Positions 31,101 through 40,100 of a stretch of DNA of 50,901 nucleotides are shown here, in pieces (within the stretch, counting starts at the first letter, position 1; the number at the start of each line of letters is the position of its first letter). The notes beneath the pieces are model-generated. The model saw only the letters and a list, made by a program, of their open reading frames with translations, searched no databases and was not told where the DNA came from. Position numbers and translations under genes: made by a program. The DNA comes from Acutalibacteraceae bacterium (lineage in GTDB: Bacteria > Bacillota > Clostridia > Oscillospirales > Acutalibacteraceae), in the NCBI GenBank assembly GCA_045536515.1, contig JAZSNQ010000152.1, positions 1 to 50,901 of the forward strand. The letters run 5' to 3'.

Positions 31101-34100
31101 CGGTCTTTTACGAAGTGGACTTCCTTTAAGCAAAGAACAGACTGATTTTGTGAAATTGGTGAATGCCGCACTTGATAAATTTCCTACATACGGCGGCGTT
31201 GTATACAGGAATATCGGCTTTGATTCTCGTGAAGATTTTGAGGACTTTATATCAAAGCATCAGGGTGTTGATACAATAAAGTACGAAGCCTTTACGTCTG
31301 CATCGAAAGAACCAGACGGGTATCCTGTGGAACTGCCGTACACAGTGCGCTACATTATACAAGGCTATAGCTGTAAAGACGTATCCAAAATAGGAATACT
31401 CGAAGAAAATGAGGTTCTTTTTAAGTCGGATACGGAATTTCGTATCAATTCATTTGAAGTCAATGGGAATGAGATACAAATACAGTGCGAGGAGTTGAAA
31501 ACAGATGGCGCAGAGTTACGCACATCTTTTGGCGAAAACAGAAACGAAGGAAAAAGTGATGTCACTGGTGAGCAAGATTCCTCTTTCCGAACAGGCGATC
31601 AAGCTAATCAAGGATTGGGTGATCTTCGAGAAGGAAGCGGAAGCGCTAATGAGTTATCTGACACAGAATCCGCAGGTGAGCGAAGAAACACTGGTGAAAA
31701 CAGTTCTTCAGATAGCGTGGAATTACGCGAAGACGATAGGTATGTCCCCGGCACACAGGGAGTGCTACAGCGTAAAGCGTTAGCAGAATCAGAAAGCCCA
31801 CGAGACGAAATTCTAAGTCTGAAGCGTACAAAAAATATTTATTCCTTATTCAAGGGTGCAGCAAGGGTTGTTGTCGGTAAAGATATTATTACTGACGGCT
31901 TTGTGGTGCTCCCTCTAACTAATGAGTCACTTGCAAATGTCAAAAAGGTTGCAGGTGATGTTGTACAGGAAAACCCGAACTTTGAGATGCATAAATTCTA
32001 CCATGCTGATAACGATGTTGTCATTCAGGGTAATCCTAAAGTCGGTGAAGCTACTGCAAGCAATAATAAAACCATAATGTCATACACATTCAAAATTGAT
32101 GATGCGTTCTATTCTTGCAAACAGGAATTTATTGATGCTTTTAATAACGGAAAGAACATAATCAAGGCAAACAGAGCTGTTAACATTCCTTGGACCGTTC
32201 ACAGCGAAAACGGCGACCTCGTTGCACTGTTTTTAGGGTTGAGGGCAAAGGTAACAGAAGAAAGCTATAATCAGATGTTGTCTGTCGCTGAAATCAAGGC
32301 CGCAGAGCAGCAGAAAAAAGCTGACAAATCCAAACAGGCTTTTAACCCATCAGAGGTAAAAACAATCGTTAAAGGCAGCGGCATACCTCGTGTGTTTGAA
32401 ATGGACGGCTCTAAATATGTTACAGAGGGTCATTTCGCTTTGAGAACCGATGATGCAGGTATTGCACAGTTAAATGGAACCGTCATACCTTATCATTCAA
32501 TGAAAGACGGTATGCAGACTATTCCGGCAGATACCGTTAAAAAGCTGTTGGATAGCTCATATTCGGTAGATGTTGGGGAGCTTGCTCCTTATACTCCCGA
32601 GAGTGAAAAAGGGGCAAAAACACCGCCTTATTATGCTTTTGTTGCAGACGGTATTGCTCATCAGTATAGCAAAAAGTTTGTCGATGCTCTTAAAAAGCGT
32701 AGCATATCAATGAAGCTTACAAGCGGTGGGACTCTTAATACTACTCTGCTTGTAGGGTACGATGCAGACGGACACATCACGGGTTTTGTTTTACCTGTCG
32801 ATACAAACGGCAATAGCTTCGTTGATAAAGACGGAAACAAAATACCCTTTGCTACAAACGACAATTTGAAAGCTCTTGTAAAAGAAACAGTAGCAAATGA
32901 AATAAGAGCAGGTAAAAATACACCTGTGGTATCTAAAAAAGTATCTTCTGAAGCTCCGACAGAGGTTGAAAAGAACGAAGATGTATCGGGAAGTGAGCCT
33001 GACAGTGCTGTAATAGCAACAAAGAGCAAAGGCACAAAAACCGTAGCTAAATTTGTTGCATCGAGATTAGCACACGGTAAAAAGATACCTGCTGCGGAAC
33101 TTGCAAAAGTGGCTAATGTTGCGTTCGGCGGCACTATGGCCGATAACGCATACTCCATAAAAGATGCGTATGATGCTATGGAGCTTGGTGTGAATCAGCA
33201 TATCCTTTCAACGGAAGACATGTCAGCAGAAAAAATGCTTGAGCTCTTGGAACTTCTTCCCACGCAAACTAAGAGAACCGAGGATATGATAAAGTATCAG
33301 CAGTTTTCTACTCCGCCGTCTATTGCTTATTTAGCAAACTATGTCGCAAATGTAAACGCAAATGACATTATGCTTGAACCGTCCGCAGGTATCGGTGGTA
33401 TCGCAGTATTTGCGAAAAAAGACGGTGCGGCAGTTTACGTTAATGAGCTTGACGAACGCAGATTGAGCATTCTGAAAAACCTACCTTTTGATGGTTTCTT
33501 TAATGAAAACGCAGAACAGCTCGACAACATTCTCGGCGGTCAGATTGAGCCTACTGTTATTGTTATGAATCCCCCGTTTTCTTCTTCGTCCGAAAGAAAT
33601 ATGCAGAATACAAAAATAGGGGCAAAACACATTGAACAGGCTCTTAAAATCCTTGCGCCAAATGGCAGACTTGTTGCTATTGTCGGTCACGGTATGGGTG
33701 ACGGAGCACCTGCTTTCCGTAATTGGTGGAAAGATATTAAATCACAATATAATGTTAGAGCCAACATCCGTATAAACGGCAAAAACTACAACAAGTACGG
33801 TACAAATTTTGATATTCAGATGCTTGTTATCGACAAAAACGGTGCTACGACATACACCGAAACAGGCTTTGTCGATACCCTGCAAGAGTTACAGGAGAAA
33901 TTAGGAGGTATAAGAGATGAAAGACCTGCTATTGACTATTCGGCAAATGAACAAAGAACCCCTGCAACTACACGCACAGAGGATGTTACAACAGGAAAAA
34001 CAACCGATGTCGGAAACAGAACTGTATCTGATGCAGGTAGCCTTGCAGATAAGAGAAAATCCGCAGACAATGCAAACCTTGAAAAACAGTCTGAGCGAAA

Positions 34101-37100
34101 AGGTATTCAATCAACTGATGCAGACAGTGGAAAACCTGCAATCTCTACGCCCGAAAGCACAGATGTTATGGCTAACAAGGACAGAGGAATGGGAACAGGG
34201 CAGCAAAGCAGACCTGTTGGAAACCAAAACCCTGTTGGAGTTAGTGACAGCGATAGCGGACAATCTGATATACAGACAAGACGAGCTGAACCTCGAAAGA
34301 GAGTAAAGCACAAAGAACTGACTGACAGTATATTTGAGCATTACCAAACACAGCCGCTTCGTCTGAAGAACACACAGCCGCACCCTGCAAAAGTAAGCGA
34401 GAGTGCCGCCATGAGTGCCATTGAACCGCCCGTTGTTACATACAGACCCAACATTCCGCAGAGCATTGTTGAAAACGGCGTATTATCAGACGTACAGTTG
34501 GAAGCAATATCCTATGCCGGACAAAGCCATTCACAAACCTTGCCTAACGGGAACACAAGAGGGTTCTTCTTAGGTGACGGTACCGGTATCGGTAAAGGTA
34601 GAACAATCGCCGGAATGATGCTTGATAACTATAATCAGGGTAGAAAAAAATCATTGTGGGTAACGCTTAATTCAAGCCTTGTAAACGATGCAAAGCGTGA
34701 TGTAAAAGCTCTCTTCGGTGATTCTGATTTAGTTACACAGTTTGTAGGCGGTAATAAAGCGGACAGCGTATTAAACACTGATGAAGCTATTATGGTGATC
34801 AGTTACAGTGCTTTATCAAAAGGTTTTGACAGCGGCAATTCAAACTTTGAAAAAATTGTCAAATGGCTTGGTAAAGACTTTGACGGCTTAATTGTATTCG
34901 ATGAAGCCCATAAAATGGGTAATGCGACAGCTACAAAGGGTACAAGAGGCGTTAAAAAGGCAAGTCAGACAGGCCTTGCAGGTATCGCGCTGCAAGAAGC
35001 GTTACCAAAAGCAAAGATTGTTTATTCTTCTGCAACAGGTGCGACAGAGGTTGAGAACCTGCGTTATGCTGAAAGACTCGGCTTGTGGGGCGATGGCACA
35101 GCTTTTGTAACAGGTGATGATTTCGTAAGTAAAATTAAAGCAGGGGGACTTGCGGCAATGGAGCTTATTGCAAGAGATATGAAAGCAATGGGCGTGTACT
35201 TATCCCGAAACATCAGCTATGAAGATGTACGCTATGACAAGATTACCCATAAGCTCACAGGACAGCAGAAAAAAATATATGATGAACTTGCACGCAGTTG
35301 GCAAATCGTTCTTAACAATATCAACAAGGCTTTGGACACAACAAACCAAAGCAAAGACGGCACTGCGAGAGGTCGTGCGTTAGGCGCTTTTTGGAGTTCA
35401 CAGCAGCGATTCTTTAATCAGATATTAACCTCTATGCAAGTACCGAGCGTTATAGCAGATATTGAAAAGCAATTAGCTGACGGAAAATCTTGCGTGATTC
35501 AGTTGGTAAGTACCAATGAAGCGGCGCAGAATGAAGAATTCGCAAGGCTCAAAGCAGAAGATTTAGAGCTTGATGAATTTGACCTGACACCAAAACAGAT
35601 GCTTATGTCTTACATTGAAAACTCATTCCCGGTACAGCAGTTTGAGGAATACCGAGACGATGAGGGCAATGTTAGAAGCAAACCTGTTTACGATAGCAAG
35701 GGCAACCCTGTTATGAATCGTGAAGCTGTTAGACAGCGTGAGGACTTGCTTGCTAAACTTGGCAGCATTAAAGTACCATCCTCACCGATTGATATGATTA
35801 TCAATCATTTCGGGACAGATATGGTCGCTGAAAATACAGGCCGTGCAAGACGAGTTGTTCAGAAAGACGGTAAATTCATTGAGGAAAAAATCGGCAGTAA
35901 AAAAGATGCCGATGTAGATGCTTTCCAAAATGGCAACAAGCGAATTATTATATTCTCAAAAGCAGGTGGCACGGGTAAATCGTATCACGCTGACAGAGCT
36001 GCAAAGAATCAGCAGCAGAGAGTTCACTATTTGCTTGAAGCAGGTTGGCAAGCTGATAATGCGGTACAGGGTTTTGGTCGTTCACATCGAAGCAATCAGG
36101 CATCAGCACCAATATTCAAACTTGTTACAACAGATTTGAAAGGTCAAATGCGTTTTATATCAACAATCGCAAAAAGACTTGACCAACTTGGCGCAATGAC
36201 AAAAGGACAAAGACAAGCAGGTGGACAGGGTATGTTCTCTGCGAACGATAACCTTGAAAACAGTTTTGCGGCAGATGTGTTGGCTGTATTCTACAAGGAC
36301 TTAATTGCAAACAGAGTTGATGGCATCAGTGACGGTCTTGCCATTGTCGAAAAACTTGGACTGAGAGAAAAAATCCTTGATGATTATAACCGTATTATTG
36401 TTACAGCTCCCGAGCTTCGTGAGGTAAACAAATTCTTAAATAGAATTTTATCACTGGAAAGCTCCGAACAGAATACCGTGTTTGACGGATATTCAGAGCG
36501 TTTGCAGGATGCAACCGAAAAGGCAATGCAAGCAGGGACTCTTGATAAAGGTCTTGAAAACTATAAGGCGGATAAAATCACGCTGAATGAGGTTCAGGAC
36601 ATCAGAGAAGATGAAAGAAGCGGCGCTAAAACAAAGTATTATAATCTTACAGCAGAACACAAAATCAAACCTGTTAGATTTGAGGACGTAGCAACTGATA
36701 GTAAATCGTTTGTGGGGTTCTATCAGAACAAAACAACAGGCGCTGTCAGGGCAGTTATGCAGACATCTTCTACGACTGACCAATACGGAAATGTAACAAA
36801 CAATTATAAGCTTGTAGGTCAAGTTAAAAATGATTATGTAGCACAAAACCGTTTTTACGGTAATTGGACTAAACTCGAACCTGCAGAAGCAGCAAAACTT
36901 TGGAATGAAGAATTGTCAAGGCTTCCGGAATTCAGAAAAGAAAGTCTGCACTTGATAAGCGGCGTTGTTCTTCCTGTGTGGGATAAACTCCCGACAGAGA
37001 ATGTGCGAATATATCGTGTTCTTACCTCTGACGGTGAAATGCTTATCGGTAGAGTTGTCTCGGAAGATATGATTGACGGAACATTAAAACGTCTTGGATC

Positions 37101-40100
37101 TTCGAGGGCAAAAGAAAAAATTGCTACGACAGATTTAGTTACAGGTATTAAAAACGGTGATGTTGTACATCTTGAAAACGACTGGAGAATCGTTCAGAGA
37201 AAAGTATCGGGTGAAAATAGAATTGAGCTTGTGGGTCCTTCCTATGAACACTATGACCTACTTACCAAAAAAGGCGTGTTCACGGAAAGAATACAGTACA
37301 ACACAAGATATTTTATCCCTGCAGATACTAACACCGTAAAAATAATTGATGATATACTCAAACTTTCCCCGGTTATGCGTGTGGAAAATGCACGGTATTC
37401 CATCATTGAAAGTGAGGATTTTGCGTATGAGCAAACAGGAAACGATTTATTACCTCGAAACGGAAGATGGGGGCTTGATGAGAGTGCCGGAAAGCAAGCT
37501 GAAGGAATTTTCGGAAATGCAGAAAGCTCAAAAGCTCTCAGCACAGAAGAAAGAAACGCCTACGCAGCACAGCTCCGCAAAGACGGAAAAGTAGAAAGCA
37601 AACGTATTTGGACTATTGAAGCTGACTTCATCAAAGAGGATGCCTACAATGAAGAAATGAAAGAGATTATCGAAATGAATAAAAATTTCGGTATGAAGAT
37701 CACAGGCTTTTTCCTCGATGCAGGACGTTTAGCTTTCAGCCCCAATACCAAGGTCGGCGGTGTTATCTTCAATGGTGATGAGATATACATCTGCTACAAC
37801 CACCCGGAAAAATCGCCTTGGGCGATAGACCGTCACGAATTAGCGCACAGGTTATATAAATCATCCGAAATGCAAAAAGTAAAGCAACGCATATTGGGTA
37901 CAATCCCGGAAGATGTTAAGAGAAAAATACTTAGCCACCCTCGATATAAAAAATACGTTGCTCTTTTAAAAGACGATGACAAAGTTATGGAAGAAGTTAT
38001 CTGTGATGTAATGGCGGGTATGTCATATTACGATTTCGATTATGACTACACCGATTTAGTCAAAGCATATTGGAATAAAGACACAGCATTTATTGATTCC
38101 TACAAGGCGGCAGACTATATCAAAACAGCCGATACAGGTACAAATGATGCTTTTCTGTCAGAGGTCGGGTTCGGTAATGATGAACTGCTGCTCGCATCAG
38201 ACGATGCACCTACGGCTCAATACTTTGTATATGATACCGATGCAGAAGAATTAACCCCGGAACGCAGAAAAGAAATCTTTGAACAGTTTGACAAAGACCA
38301 TGCCGGAGTTGATAAACCTACACAAAAACAGTTGTGGGGTGAGCGTGCGGCGTGGGTAGCTCATAATATGACAAGAGTTTTTCCGAATATCCCAGAACGT
38401 GGTGAAAAAGGTACATTTTTTGCAGCGTTCCGCAAAAGTATGATACAGTGGAAAAACCTGCCTACCACTGCTTCCTTTATGGTTCAGGATAAGCTTAACA
38501 AAATGACAGAGGGATTAACTCCTGAAGAATTTAAGACGTTTTCGGAGCTTGTTTATTTCCTTGACTTACAGGAAGAAGCTCAAATTCAAAAAGAGCGTGG
38601 CTACACTGAAATACTGTTACCGAATGAGATAACCCCGAGTGAGGTTGATGCCATTGTAAAAGTGCTGAATGAAGAAGCAACCGAGAATGTTCAGCAAGCA
38701 CTTATAAAGAGGCAGAATATTTGGGATGCTCTCAAATCGCAGTACATAGAGCTTAACCGTTATATCGGTTTTGACACTGACGGAAAATTCAAGCGTAAAA
38801 ACTACTACCATCATCAGGTGATAGAGTATATGAACAATGGCGGCAAAGGTACAGGCAGCAGAGAAATTGGTATAAAGGCCGGACGTGGTTGGCTTAAAGA
38901 AAGACAGGGTTCTACCAAAGCAATCAACACTGACTTTTTGGCTGTTGAATACAAAGCTATGCTGCAAATGCAGTACGATGTATATATCGCTGAAACTCTT
39001 GGCAAAATTAAACAGCAGTATGACATCAAGCCGCAGCTTGAAAATGAAGCGTTTAAGAATAATAAAGAGGCTATAAATGCAATAATCCGTAAAGAAGCAA
39101 CAGGTAAAGACGGTAATATTATTCTTGATAGCAAGGGAAAACCTGATAGCGAAACGTATCGTCAGCAGCAGTGGTACAATTCACGCATTATGTTTGGTTT
39201 CAATGGCCTGTTTGATTTAGCTGATCGTAACGAGCTTCCTACCTATGACGGTGAATACATAAGAGTTGTCGAAGCATTAAAACGCCACGATTTGAATGTG
39301 CCGGGGCTGTATAAATATGTTGGCATAGTTGCAAGTACAAACCTGCCTGATAACGCAACCGATGCACAGGAACAGGCTGTGTTAAACGCAAGAACCGTTT
39401 TGAAATACACATCGCAAAAAAGAGAGTGGATAAAAAATGTTCTTGCTGATGATTATCAGACTTGGGAAACTCTTGCAAAGTCGATGAGTGATACACATAC
39501 CATTCATCAGCCAAGACGAGGTAATTATTTCTACACAAAAACCGTAATTGATGAAGATGCTTTCAACAAAGCTCATAATGATATGGTTTTAGCTTTAGCA
39601 TCAGGCGAAATTGATTTAGGTAATGTTGACATCACTAAGTTATTTACACAATATGCTGATACAGTACGGCTCACAGGTGCAGCCTACGAACAGTGGGTGT
39701 TACCAAATGAGATAGTCACCACAATGGATGAAATCGCAAATCCGAAAGCAGTAAATGTAGGTAGCAAAATTGCACGCAGTATGGTTTCGGCTTGGAAAGG
39801 TTGGGCAACAAGCATAAATCCTTTGAGGACTATAAAATTTGGTTTGCGTAATCTGTTCGGTGACTTAGATGCTGTTATTGCCGGAAATCCTAAAGTGACA
39901 ATGTATTCTAAAAAAGCTGTTCAGGACATCTATCAGGCAATGAGGTACAAAAAGTATTCTCCTGAATATATGGAATGGATTGAACGAGGTGGATACACAT
40001 CAATGATATTTGCAAATGAAATGGATTCGGAAATGCAAGACAAACTGTTTTCACATCTGAAAGACAAACAGGGTGTAAGCATTTTCAAAATCCCGGTTAA

